A stretch of DNA of 64,000 nt from Octopus sinensis (GCF_006345805.1 NC_043021.1:20460001-20524000); one strand, 5' to 3'. Counted from the stretch's first letter, positions 49,087 through 61,090 are shown. Program-made: numbers and translations. Notes: generated by a model not told the origin, from the letters alone.

Positions 49087-49630
49087 CATCATCATCATCA
49101 TCATCGTTTAACGTCCGTTCTCCATGCTAGCATGGGTTGGACGGTTCGACCGGGATCTGGGAAGCCAGAAGGCTGCACCAGGCTCCGGTCTTATCTGGCA
49201 ATGTTTCTACAGCTGGATGCCCTTCCTAACGCCAACCACTCCGTGAGTGTAGTGGGTGCTTTTTACGTGCCACCTGCACTGGTGCCAGGCGAGGCTGGCA
49301 TCGGTGCATTTTACGTGCCACCTGCACGGAAGCCAGTCGAGGCGGCACTGGCTTCGGCCACGATTCGGATGGTGCTTTTTACGTGCCACCGACACGGAAG
49401 CCAGTCAAGGCGGCGCTGGTATCGGCCACGATTCGGATAGTGCTTTTTACGTATCTCCAGTCCAGGGGTCCTGGCATCTGCCACATGCCAGTCATAGGAT
49501 TGGTTCAATTTCGATTCCGATTTCGATTTCACTTGCCCCAACAGGTCTTCGCAAGCAAAGGGGGGTTGGCATAGGTGCGTGTCGTTGGATGAGGTTCGAT
49601 ATCGACTTCGCTTGCCTCAACAGGTCTTTG
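49087..49630 (-). mobile_element. RTE 3'-UTR copy inserted in the (TA)n core of a SINE
   Basis: Flanked by (TA)n on both sides. SINE halves lie at ~48878-49000 and ~49760-49975. Confidence 0.8.
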
Positions 49631-49731
49631 TGTGTTTATATATATATATATATATAATTTCAACAATTGAGGGTAAAGTTCAGTATGTGGCAAAGTAATT
49701 TATTTTACTAAGCCCTTTTATATTAATGTAA

Positions 49732-49762
<31 letters not shown>

Positions 49763-50123
49763 GTGTGTGTATATATGTTTATGTTTGTTCCCCGCAACAT
49801 CGCTTGACAACCGATGCTGGTGTGCTTATGTCCCCGTAACTTAACGGTTCGGCAAAAGAGACCGATAGAATAAGTACTTGGCCTACAAAGAATAAGTCCT
49901 GGGATCGATTTGCTCGACTAAAGGCGGTGCTCCAGCATGGCCACAGTCAAATGACTGAAACGAGTAAAGAGTAAAGGGGTTTAATTCAAGCTGTAAAGGA
50001 TTATGTTGCATTGTAACACTAATCAGTCAACTCTGTTTCTCTGATAGATGGCTTTTTCAAGTTCATACGGTGATGATGATGATGATTATTATGACTTATT
50101 TATTATTGATCTACCTATTGCAG

Positions 50124-50239
50124 TAGTCCTGCCCCAGGGAGCCCAGAGGGTTCAAATGATGATGGAGAAATGGAAGAGCTGCTGGATTTGGAACCCAGTT
50201 CTGCAACAGATGAGAATATTCTAGCATCTTCCAGAGAAA
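50124..50239 (+). CDS. ERICH6: ERICH6-like coding exon 2 (SPAPGSPEGSNDDGEMEELLDLEPSSATDENILASSRE)
   Basis: Acceptor ttgCAG|TAG (tandem NAGNAG), donor A|GTTAGT. 116 nt, phase 2 to 1, open and acidic. Confidence 0.85.
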
Positions 50240-50285
50240 GTTAGTATCAGAATTTTTATTTCTTCTTCATTGATTGGGTCTAGCG

Positions 50286-50800
50286 CAGTGATGTATGGCC
50301 CTTGGGGGTCCAGAAAAATCTTTTGTTGCTGAAATTTATGTTCAATAAATTGGTTATGTTTCAATGATACACAAAATATTTTAACAATTTTTAAAACACA
50401 ATTCCTAATAATATTTGATTACAAAAATATAATAGGATTTCTTCAAACATTGAATTGGTTATGAGGGTCCATCTAAGTAAAACAGGGAACAAAGGGTTCC
50501 ATAGATAAAAAATGGTTGAGAAACACTGTCCTAGACCAATGGTTCTCCACTAAGGTTCATATGGCCCTTGGGTGGGGGTCCATGTAAGAGTTTGTTGTTA
50601 AAATTTATCTGCAATAAGTTTGTTATACTTCTACAATACACAAATATTTTGACAATTTCTTTTTATACAGTTCTTTATAATATTTAATTATAAAAATATA
50701 ATATGAACTTTTTAAATGTTAAATGGCTATGGAGGTCCACCTGAGTAAAACAGGAACGAAAGGGGTCAGCAGATAAAAAAAAATGGTTGAGAAGCACTTG
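50286..50800 (+). mobile_element. Two head-to-tail hAT (Charlie-like) MITEs
   Basis: Related to the 31171 copy. Both end ggttgagaa(a/g)cact and are separated by 8 bp (tcctagac). CTAG sites lie at all three junctions. Confidence 0.7.
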
Positions 50801-50929
50801 TCTAGAAGAAGGAGCTATGTCTCTGTTGTCCATCACACATGGTTTTTATCCATGCCATTTGCTTTGGGGCTTTACCCATTGATTTTCTAAGGCAATGAGA
50901 AAAAGCCATGAGCCTTTTCTTGCAGCCCT

Positions 50930-51235
50930 TGCTAATGGACTTTGGCCATGGGCTTTGCCTATGATCTTTACTCATACTCTTACTCATGACTTTTGCACAT
51001 GGCCTTTGCATCTGGCTTTTGCTCCCGGCCTTTATACATGCCATTTGTTCATGGCTTTTCCTCGTGGCCTTTGCTCCTGGCTTTTGTTCATGGCTTTTGC
51101 TCATGGCCTATGCTCATGGTCTTTGCTCATGGCTTTTGCTCATGGCTTTTCCTCATGGCCTTTGCTCTTGGCCTTTGCTCATAGCTTTTGCTCATGGCTT
51201 TTGCCTATAGACTTTGGTGATGGCCTTTACAGGTC
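50930..51235. repeat. Degenerate ~14-nt minisatellite (ATGGCYTTTGCTC)n
   Basis: Repeated tggc(c/t)tttgctc units. Confidence 0.85.
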
Positions 51236-51810
51236 CTCTGAGAGCATATGTGTATGCTTCTGTAAGTCTTTTAATATATAGACAATGCAATAGAGACTTT
51301 AAAAAATGACTTTCTCACTTTGAACAACATGCATGATTAACAAATACTTTTACTGGCAGCGTAGTGATAGGTAACTAACTAGTGTCAAATCTTTTCTACT
51401 ATAGGTACAAAGCCTGAAATTTGAGAGAGAGGGGGCTAGTCAATTACATCGACCCCAGTGCTCAACTGGCACTTATTTCACCAACTCCAAAGCAAAGTTG
51501 ACCTTGGTGGAATTTGAACTCAGGACATAAAGACAGGTGAAATGTCACTAAGCATTTTGCCCGGCATGCTAACGATTCTGCCAGTTCACCACCTCATACC
51601 TATCTACCTACCTATCTTAAATAAAATGAAGAATTCTTTAGGTAATGTTATCCCTGATACACAAACAAAAAGGTGGGATGATCAAAGCTGGGATATCTTA
51701 CAAGAGAAGCCAACAAACATACTGGACAACATTAACAATAATACTAACATTTAACTTGAGTAGTTCATGACTTAAACACACCATTTCATCTCATCACTGT
51801 AATTTTTCAG

Positions 51811-51866
51811 GTGGGAATTTTGAAAGTGAAATGCAACAGTCCTTAAACGCTGTAATGTCTGATGAG
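51811..51866 (+). CDS. ERICH6: ERICH6-like coding exon 3 (SGNFESEMQQSLNAVMSDE)
   Basis: Acceptor aatttttcAG, donor GAG|GTAAAA. 56 nt, phase 1 to 0, fits both neighbours. Confidence 0.8.
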
Positions 51867-52065
51867 GTAAAATTTCTTTTCCTTAAAAATATACTTATCA
51901 TCTTACCCCCCTCCTCCTCCCCCTCTTCCCCCTCCTCCACCCTCCTCCTCCCCATCATCGTCATCATCATCATTAGCATCTACCTTTCATTTTGGTATAG
52001 TTGGGCAGTTCGACAGGGGCTGGCAAGCTAGACAACTGCACCAAACTCTACCATCTGCTTTGGCT

Positions 52066-52468
52066 TACTCTTTTACTCTTTTACTTGTTTCAGTCATTTG
52101 ACTGCGGTCAGGCTGGAGCACCGCCTTTAGTCAAGCAAATCAACCTCGGGACTTATTCTTTGTAAGCCCAGTACTTATTCTATCGGTTTCTTTTTGCTGA
52201 ACCGCTAAGTGACGGCAAAGTAAACACACCAGCATCCGTTGTCAAGCAATGCTCAGGGGACAAACACAGACACACAAACATACACACAAATACACATATA
52301 TATACATATATACGACAGGCTTCTTTCTGTTTCCGTCTACCAAATCCACTCACAAGGCATTGGTCGGCCCGAGGCTATAGCAGAAGACACTTGCCCAAGA
52401 TGCCACGCAGTGGGACTGAACCCGGAACCATGTGGTTGGTAAGCAAGCTACTTACCACACAGCCACTG
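52066..52468 (-). mobile_element. SINE family A
   Basis: Full-length reverse copy. Confidence 0.9.
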
Positions 52469-53659
52469 TAGTTTTTTTTTTTTTTTATATGGCTGGATGC
52501 CCTGCCTAATGCCAAGTACTTTACAGGGTGTACTGGGTACCCTTTTATTTGGTACCAACACTAGTGAGATGACCAAGTGACTTACAAATCAAGACCCCTT
52601 GAGGTTAGATGGCTTTATGACAGATGATGAGAGATTAGGAACTGTCTTCTTGCATATCATTTCCTTTCTTTAAGATGGTGAGCAGATAGAACCATGGGCA
52701 CACTGGACAGATGCTCACCAACATGTTAGGCTACATGTACGGCAAATGCGTTGAGAGAAAAATTGGGCAAAAGTAGTATGCATGGCACCTTGGGCAAGTG
52801 TCTTCTACTATAGCCTTGGGCTGACCAAAGCCTTGTGAGTGGATTTGGTAGATGGAAACTGAAAGAAGCCCATCGTATATATGTATGTATGTGCCGGTGG
52901 CACGTAAAAAGCACCATCCGATCGTGGTCGTTTGCCAGCCTCGTCTGGCACCTGTGCAGGTGGCACGTAAAAAGCACCCACTACACTCACAGAGTGGTTG
53001 GCGTTAGGAAGGGCATCCAGCTGTAGAAACATTGCCAGATCAGACTGGGCCTGGTGCAGCCTTCTGGCTTCCCAGAACCCAGTTGAACCGTCCAACCCAT
53101 GCTAGCATGGAAAGCAGACGCTAAACGATGATGATGAGGATGATGATGTGTGTGTGTGTGTGTGTGTGTATACATTTGTGTATCTGTGTTTGTCCCCCCC
53201 CCAACATCTGATAGAATAAGTACTAGGCAAAGGAGACCAATAGAATAAGTACTAGGCAAAAGAGACCAATAGAATAAGTACAAAGAATAAGTCCTGGGGT
53301 CGATTTGCTCGACTAAAGGCAGTGCTCCAGCATGGCCACAGTCAAATGACTGAAACAAGTAAAAGAGTATGTGTGTATGTGTCTATGTGTGAGTGTGTTT
53401 CTGTCTCTGTATCGTGACACTGCATAATAGTCGTAAATGAGTGTCACTGTCATACAAGCGGTGTCCTTCATTTCCAGTATTCTGTGAAAACATATTTGGT
53501 CATAGTTAAACATCATTTTACATGGAAACAGGTGGGAATTGGCAACTGGAAGGGCATCCAGCCATAGAAAACCAGCTTCACCAAATTTCATCCAAACCAT
53601 GTGAGAATGGAAAAGTGGACATTAAATGATGATGATTATGATAATGATGCGATAGTCAT

Positions 53660-54305
53660 AGGTGCAGGCATGGCTGTGTGGTAAGAAGATTGTTTCCCAA
53701 CCACTTTGTTCTGGGTTCAGTCCCACTGCGTGGCACCTTGGGCAAGTGTTTTCTACTTTAGCCTCAGGGTGAACAAAGCCTTGTGAGTGGATTTGGTAGA
53801 CAGAAACTGAAAAGAAGCATGAAGGAAGCAAGCTGGCAGAAACGTTAGCTTACCGAGCAGAGTGCTTAGCGGTATTTCGTCTGCCATTATGTTCTGAGTT
53901 CAAATTCCGCCTAGGTCGACTTTGCCTTTCATCCTTTCGGGGTCGATAAATTAAGTACCAGTTACACACTGGGGTTGATGTAATCGACTTAATCCCTTTG
54001 TCTGTCCTTGTTTGTCCCCTCTATGTTTAGCCCCTTGTGGGCAATAAAGAAATACGAAACTGAAAAGAATCCTGTCATGTGTGTGTGTGCGTGTGTACAT
54101 GCATGTGTGTGTCCACGATCTCCACTTGACAACTGGTGTTGGTGTGTTTATGTCCCTCTAACCTGGAGGTTTGGCAAAAGGGACTGATAGAATAAGTACC
54201 AGGCTTAACCAAGCAATAAATACTAGGGTTGATTCATTCGACTAAAAATGGTGGTGCCCCAGCATGGCCACAGTCTAATGAGTGAAACAAGTAAAAGATA
54301 AAAGA
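53660..54305 (+). mobile_element. SINE family A split by a family B SINE (53817-54055)
   Basis: 14-bp TSD gaaactgaaaagaa at 53803-53816 and 54056-54069. Confidence 0.85.
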
Positions 54306-54434
54306 TTGAAATGCTGTGGCCTGGAAGTATTCCAAATGATAATCTGTTAATCCTTTTGGACAATTTTAGGGAATCTTAACTAAGATTAAAAGATTAGATT
54401 TATCAACTCTTTATTTTTTTATTTTTCCATTCAG

Positions 54435-54527
54435 TGTTCAGAAATGAAAACCAATAGCTACCCAAATATGGTTTTTGAGGAAACAACTCCATCACTTCTT
54501 AATGTGGCTCTTCCACAAATTCTACAG
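54435..54527 (+). CDS. ERICH6: ERICH6-like coding exon 4 (CSEMKTNSYPNMVFEETTPSLLNVALPQILQ)
   Basis: Acceptor tttccattcAG, donor CAG|GTAAAT. 93 nt, phase 0 to 0. Confidence 0.85.
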
Positions 54528-55531
54528 GTAAATGCAACAATTAAGTGGAAACTAATTTCTAACAGTAATCATAATTATCACCATAATCACCACCACCACC
54601 ACCACAATCGCTTCCACCACTTACAAACCACAATCGCCATCACCACCACCATTAATTTATTGAACAAGCTGCAGTATGCTATTTATGCAAATCAGATTTT
54701 CCGAGTTAGTGAAGTCTCTAATTGTAGTGACTTTATATACACCATCTCTATGGACAGATAAACGACTATTTCTTGTCCTCAAAATGACCAAAACTGGTTG
54801 GATCGATCTCTCTTTTCCTACCCCTGAAGAGGTTCATTATTTACATTGTTTACATTATTTACACTGTGCCATATGCCCACATATATATATAATTTCAGCA
54901 AAACAATTTAGATTCAAATGAATATGGTACTTAACTTAGATGCTTCAGAATTTTTTATGGTATTACCCATAAGATTATGTGGGGTGATTATAACCAAAAA
55001 ATAAGCAACAAGAATGTATCCGGGTGAAATGCTTAGCGGTATTTCATCTGCCGCTACGTTCTGAGTTCAAATTCCACCGAGGTCGACTTTGCCTTTCATC
55101 TTTTCGGGGTCGATAAATTAAGTACCAGTTACGCACTGTGGTCGATATAATCAACTTAATCCGTTTGTCTGTCCTTGTTTGTCCTCTCTGTGTTTAGCCT
55201 CTTGTGGGTAGGAAAGAAATAGGTATTTCGTCTGCCGCTACGTCCTGAATTCAAATCCGCCGAGGTCGACTTCGCCTTTCATCCTTTTAGGGTTGATTAA
55301 ATAAGTACCAGTTACACACTTGGGTCGATATAATCGACTTAATCTGTTTGTCCCCTTTGTGTAGCCACTTGTGGGCAGTAAAGAAATAAGAAGGACAGGT
55401 GCAAGTGTCTTGCTGAAGCAGTGAATACATGACTTCTCCATCTGGAGAGAGAGAGATGTGAGTTTAAGGTACAAGACAATGTCATGCAATGGGATTGAAC
55501 CAAGAACCATTTGGGTTTGGAATAAATTCCT

Positions 55532-55905
55532 AGGCTGTGTGGTAAGTAGCTTGCTAACCAGCCACATGGTTCCGGGTTCAGTCTCAGTGCGTATCATCTT
55601 GGGCAAGTGTCTTCTGCTATAGCTACGGGCCGACCAAAGCCTTGTGAGTGGATTTGGTAGACGGAAACTGAAAGATGCCTGTTGTATATATGTATATATA
55701 TATGTATGTTTGTGTCTCTGTGTTTGTCCCCCTAGCATTCCATGACAACCGATGCTGGTGTGTTTACATCCCCGTCACTTAGAGGTTCGGCAAAAGAGAC
55801 CGATAGAATAAGTACTGGGCTTACAAAGAATAAGTCCTGTGGTCGATTTGCTCGACTAAAGGCGGTGCTCCAGCATGGCCACAGTCAAATGACTGAAACA
55901 AGTAA
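55532..55905 (+). mobile_element. SINE family A
   Basis: Near full-length copy. Confidence 0.88.
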
Positions 55906-56070
55906 AAAAAAAAATACCTACATACGTTTTGATATAAGTGCTTTCTCTTGTTATAATTGTTAGTTTTATAATCATGAAAAACTTTTTGGGAACTGACCCT
56001 TTCTGCTCCCTTCCTCTAATTTGTGTTTACCATTCAGTTATTTTAGAACTGGTGTGTATATTTTTTGCAG

Positions 56071-56390
56071 TACAAAAGAGAATCTGAGGAAGTTGAGTTG
56101 TCTTTGGATGGCAGTAATTCCACACGGATGGCCACACCGTTACCAAAAAATATTTGCCAGTTCTGTAAACATCCAATCAAGCCTTTGGTATCGCTGCAAG
56201 AACAAATCACTTTGGCACCTGAGGAAATTTATTGTTGTGAATCATACCAAGAATTTCTTCACATGGTGCTCCTGGCTGAAATTGAAGAGGCCAAGTTGAA
56301 AATGAAGAGTAAGGTATTAGAAGAGGGGCCTGATGTAAACAACCAGAAAATGAAAAAAGAAAAGGTGATTTCTGGAAAAGATTTAAGAAT
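56071..56390 (+). CDS. ERICH6: ERICH6-like coding exon 5 (YKRESEE...CQFCKHPIKP...IYCCESYQEF...GKDLR)
   Basis: Acceptor ttttttgcAG, donor AT|GTGAGT. 320 nt open. The PQILQYKRES, CxFC and CC motifs resemble the ERICH6/FAM194A mid-region as recalled. Confidence 0.9.
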
Positions 56391-56816
56391 GTGAGTAAAT
56401 ATTTAGAAATTCCATTTTTTTGTGGCTGAGTTCAGTGGAAGAGGAAGAGAGACACCATCATGCTTTTTTCTTTTTTTTCCAAATGACCTCCAAGCCTGAT
56501 AAAGAGAAGTGGAAAAGGAGAGGAAAGAACAAGGAGAGCACATCAAAATGTTTAGTTGTCATCACTTTTGTCATCATTGTCATACTCATTATTTTCCTCC
56601 CCCCAGTCCTCTTCTTATTCTTTTCTTCCTCTTCCTGCTTCTCCTGCTCTTCTTCCTCTTTATCCTCCTCCTCCTTCCCTCCTATTACGCCTCTCATCCT
56701 ATTTCACATGTTTCCCCTACATGAACGATTTTTTAATTCCTATCAGCAAATGAATCACATGTAATGGTGAATTTCCAATCTCCTGGTTTCATATGTGTGT
56801 GTATTTATATACATAC

Positions 56817-56860
<44 letters not shown>

Positions 56861-57471
56861 TTTTTCCTCTTTTACTTGTTTCACTCATTTGACTGCGGCC
56901 ATGCTGGAGCACTGCCTTCAGTTGAGCAAATCGACCCCAGGACTTATTCTTTGTAAGCTGAGTACTTATTCTATCAATCTCTTTTGCCGAACTGCTAAGT
57001 TACAGGGACATAAACACACCACCATCAAGCGGGCAGTAAAGAAATAAGATTGTGGTTTCGAATCCCAGACTGGGCGTTGCGTTGTGTTCTTGAGCAAAAC
57101 ACTTCATTTCATATTGTTTTGCAATCATTTCATCATCTGAGACGAGGCACACGGTGCACCTGTACAGGTAATGTCAATTTGATGGAGGGAGTGAGCTTAA
57201 GTGGACACAAACATTTGATCAATGTAAACAAATCATCTGTGTGGTTGTTCGGCAAGAAATTGCCAAACCTTCATATGTTGTCTAATGACAGTAGAGTCCA
57301 TACATATATATATATTTCGATTTGAAAACCCCACTAGAATGGGAGAAAGCGCTAATATATGATCTAAGTTGCACACACATCACTCATTTGTATGTTTGTG
57401 TGTGTGTGTGTGTATATATATATATCACGTGACCGACCAGGCTATCAGATCTTGCTACACATCGCTGGTCA

Positions 57472-57885
57472 CCATGTGTTTCTCCCATCGTTTGATGCAG
57501 CTCTGGAGACCGTTTTTGTCGAAGACCCCAGTTTGGTCCTCCAACCACGACGTGACTTCAGAAATCAAGGCTGCATCATCTGGGAAACGCTTTCCTTTCG
57601 AAAACAACTTCATGGCTGGGAAGAGGTGAAAATCAGAGGATGCAAGGTCAGGAGAGTAGGGGGGACGAGGGAGGAGTTCATAGCCGCACACCTGTGCTTC
57701 TGATCTGGCGACACGCGAGTTGTGGACCAGAGCGTTGTCCTGCAGGAGGAGGATGCCTTTGCTGATCTTGCCCCGCCTCTTGATTTTGATAGCTTCTCTT
57801 AATTTCCTCAAAAGTGAAGCATAATAGGCTCCTGTAAATGTGGTACCCTTTGCCAGGAAATCTGTCATCACTACTCTGTCCTGGT
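57472..57885 (-). mobile_element. Mariner transposase 3' fragment in intron 5
   Basis: Translates to LLLQDNALVH...LLPRPPYSPDLASSDFHLF...KRWEK. No TIRs seen. Confidence 0.88.
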
Positions 57886-57970
57886 CCCAGTCTTGTGACA
57901 AAATTTGGAACCATTATTTGCTCTGGTTAATTTGTTATTCATCATTTTCTTTTTTGTTTCTACTTCACAG

Positions 57971-58056
57971 CAAAGTGAAAACCAGAGAGACAAATCTGCC
58001 ACAGAGGCAACACGAAGCCTCACAACAGCTTCACCCTCAACTAGGATATCACATGG
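57971..58056 (+). CDS. ERICH6: ERICH6-like coding exon 6 (KVKTRETNLPQRQHEASQQLHPQLGYHM)
   Basis: Long polypyrimidine acceptor ending cttcacAG, donor G|GTGAGT. 86 nt, phase 2 to 1, bridges exons 5 and 7. Confidence 0.85.
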
Positions 58057-58189
58057 GTGAGTTATGAGAAATACAATATCACATAGATGAGTCACATTTG
58101 GTGAACTATAGTATTGCTCATTGGTTACTAGTTTCAGACAGTCCAATTGCTGATTTACTGCCTTTTTGATGTCAATAAAGGGACAAGCT

Positions 58190-58371
58190 GGCAGGAGTGG
58201 CTGTGTGGTAAGTAGCTTGCTAACCAGCCACATGACTCCGGGTTCAGTCCCACTGCGTGGCAACTTGGGCAAGTGTCTTCTGCTATAGCCCCGGGCTGAC
58301 CAATGCCTTGTGAGTGGATTTGGTAGATGGAAACTGAAAGAAGCCTGTCGTATATATGTATGTGTATATAT

Positions 58372-58414
<43 letters not shown>

Positions 58415-58622
58415 TTGTGTGTCTGTGTTTGTCCCCCTAGCATTGCTTGACAACCGATGCTGGTGTGTTTACATCCCCATCACTTAGCGGTTCGGCAAAA
58501 GAGACCGATAGAATAAGTACTGGGCTTACAAAGAATAAGTCCCAGTGTTGATTTGCTTGACTAAAGGCGGTGCTCCAGCATGGCCACAGTCAATTGACTG
58601 AAACAAGTAAAAGAGAGAAAAG
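58190..58622 (+). mobile_element. SINE family A
   Basis: Full-length copy. Confidence 0.9.
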
Positions 58623-59432
58623 AGTATGCCGAGTAGAATGCTTTGCACCATTTTATCCATCTGTATATTCTGAGTTCAAATTCCACTGAGGTCGACTTTG
58701 CCTTTAATCCTTTCAGGGTTGATAAAATAAATACCAGTTGAACACTGGGATCAATGTAATTGACTTGCTCCCTCTCCCCAAAATTGCTGGCCTTGTGCCA
58801 AAAGTTGAAGAGATATTTTGTGCAATTCAGGTGGAGTGAGGTGTTTTTATTCAGAAACCCCGTTTTTTGGGGGGCTTCTTGCCGATATACTCTGATAAAA
58901 GATATATGCATGCATATACTGGTGGCACGTGAAAAAAATATTTGAACGAGGTCGTTGCCAGTGCCGCTGGACTGGCTCCTGTGCAGGTGGCACATAAAAA
59001 GCATCATTTGAGTGTGGCCACTGCCAGTACTGCCTGACTGGCCCTCATACCGGTGGCACGTAAAAGCACCCACTGCACGCTCAGAGTGGTTGGCATTAGG
59101 AAGGGCATCCAGCTGTAGAAACTCTGCCAGATCAATATTGGAGCCTGGTGCAGCCATCTGGTTCGCCAGTCCTCAGTGAAACTGTCCAATCCATGCTAGC
59201 ATGGAAAGCGGACGTTAAATGATGATGATGATGATGGTGATGACGATGATGATGATATGACCAGGACTTTTGGTGACACGTAAAAGGCACCTAGTACACT
59301 CTGTGGAGTGGTTGGCATTAAAAAGGCCATAGAAACCAAGCCAAAACAGGCAGCTGGCACCTGGTGCAGCTCTCCGACTTACCAACCCTAGTCAAACCAT
59401 CTTATTTATGCCAGCATAGAAAATGGTGCTAT

Positions 59433-59599
59433 ATGATGATGATGATGGTGATGGTGATGATGGTGATGATGAGGGTGATGGTGATGGTGATGATGACAGT
59501 GATGGTGATGGTGATGATGATGAGGGTGATGGTGATGGTGATGATGATGATGAGGGTGATGGTGGTGATGATGAGTGTGATGGTGATGATGGTGATTGT

Positions 59600-59632
<33 letters not shown>

Positions 59633-59655
59633 GAGGGTGATGGTGGTGATGGTGG

Positions 59656-59686
<31 letters not shown>

Positions 59687-59746
59687 GATGATGAGGGTGA
59701 TGGTGGTGATGACGGTGATGGTGATGATGATGATGATGATGATGAT
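59433..59746. repeat. Compound (GAT/GGT)n microsatellite
   Basis: ~310 bp following an RTE-type 3' end. Confidence 0.95.
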
Positions 59747-59942
59747 ATGTGGCTGTGTGGTCAGAAATTTGCTTCCCGACCACATGGTTTGAGGTTCAGT
59801 CCAGATGTGTGGAACTTTGAGCAAGTGTCTTCTATTATAGGCTCAGTCTGATCAAAGCTTTGAGAATGGATTTGGTAGACACCTATAAGAAGGAAAAAAA
59901 AATTCATCTCAGAAATTGAGGTTAAGTATCTGTAAAACTAGT

Positions 59943-60418
59943 GGAGGCGCGTGGCTTAGTGGTTAGGGTGTCAGCACCATGATCGTTAGATTGTGGTTTC
60001 GATTCCTGGACCGGGCGACACGTTGTGTTCTTGAGCAAAACACTTCATTTCATGTTGCTCCAGTCCACTCCGCTGGCAAAAATGAGTAACGCTGCGATGA
60101 ACAGGCCTCCCATCCAGCTGGGAAACACATACGCCATTGAAACTGGGAAACCGGGCCCGTGAGCCTGGCTAGGCTTTAAAAGGGCACAAGCAGAGGCACG
60201 TGGCTTAGTGGTTAGGGTGTCAGCCCCATGATTGTAAGATTGTGGTTTCGATTCCTGGACTGGGCAACGCGCTGTGTTCTCGAGCAAAACACTTCATTTC
60301 ACATTGCTCCAGTTCACTCAGCTGGCAAAAATGTGTAACGCTGCGATGGACTGGTGTCCCACCCAGCGGAAACTGGGAAACCGGGCCCATGAGCCTGGCT
60401 AGGCTTTAAAAGGGCGCA
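59943..60418 (+). mobile_element. Two head-to-tail SINE family C copies
   Basis: Copies at ~59943-60190 and ~60192-60418. Confidence 0.85.
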
Positions 60419-60564
60419 GTTATTTATTTTTATTTTATCTATAAAACTAGCATCTAACTGGCAACAATTCCTCTCAGATATTTAGACATTTGATTAAGAT
60501 TCCCTGCTGTTTGTGTTCTTTATTTATTCTTTTATGTCTGTGTCTTCTCTACTTTGATTATCAG

Positions 60565-60716
60565 CTCGTCATATGAACACGATTAATTACCAACTCTCTT
60601 CTCGAAAATGTCTTGATGCTGGCTGGACAGTCTGTGTACCTGAGCTGGAGAAGTCAACCCAAGAAGACGTGTTTGTCATTGAACCAAGAAAATGCTCTTT
60701 ATACAGGAGTAATGAG
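60565..60716 (+). CDS. ERICH6: ERICH6-like coding exon 7 (ARHMNTINYQLSSRKCLDAGWTVCVP...RSNE); gene continues beyond the window
   Basis: Acceptor ttatcAG, donor GAG|GTATTT. 152 nt, phase 1 to 0. The TINYQLSSxKCLxxGWT motif resembles the ERICH6 family. No stop reached. Confidence 0.88.
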
Positions 60717-60744
60717 GTATTTCACTGAATTGTCCTCTTACAAC

Positions 60745-61090
60745 GTGGAGGCACGTGGCTTAGTGGTTAGGGTGTTGGATTCATGATTATTATAAGATTA
60801 TCATTCAGAGTTCAAATTCCACCAAGGTCGACTTTGCCTTTCATCCTTTCAGGGTTGATAAATTAATCAACTTAATTCTTTTGTCTGTCCTTGTTTGTCC
60901 CCTCTATGTTTAGCCCCTTGTGGGTAATAAAGAAACATATTATAAGATTGTGGTTTCAATTCCTGGACCAGGTGATGCATTGTATTCTTGAGCAAAACAC
61001 TTCATTTCATGTTGCTCCAGCTGGCAAAAGTGAGTGATCCTGCAACAGACTGGTGTCCTGTCCAGGCGGGGAATGTATACACCATGAAAA
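60745..61090 (+). mobile_element. SINE family C split by a 5'-truncated family B SINE
   Basis: 12-bp TSD tattataagatt at 60788-60799 and 60938-60949. Confidence 0.8.

Noticed and set aside
50802-51281. Hydrophobic repetitive ORFs
   Set aside because: Minisatellite translations.
54528-54761. His-rich continuation of the ORF 54444-54761
   Set aside because: Read-through past the exon 4 donor into a (CAC)-rich intron.
56420-56764. Glu/Lys- and Ser-rich ORFs
   Set aside because: Low-complexity purine/pyrimidine tract in intron 5. Exon 6 already bridges the phases.
59364-59851. Four 125-142 aa ORFs (poly-His, poly-Asp/Gly, Met/Val, Ile/Thr)
   Set aside because: Translations of a trinucleotide microsatellite.
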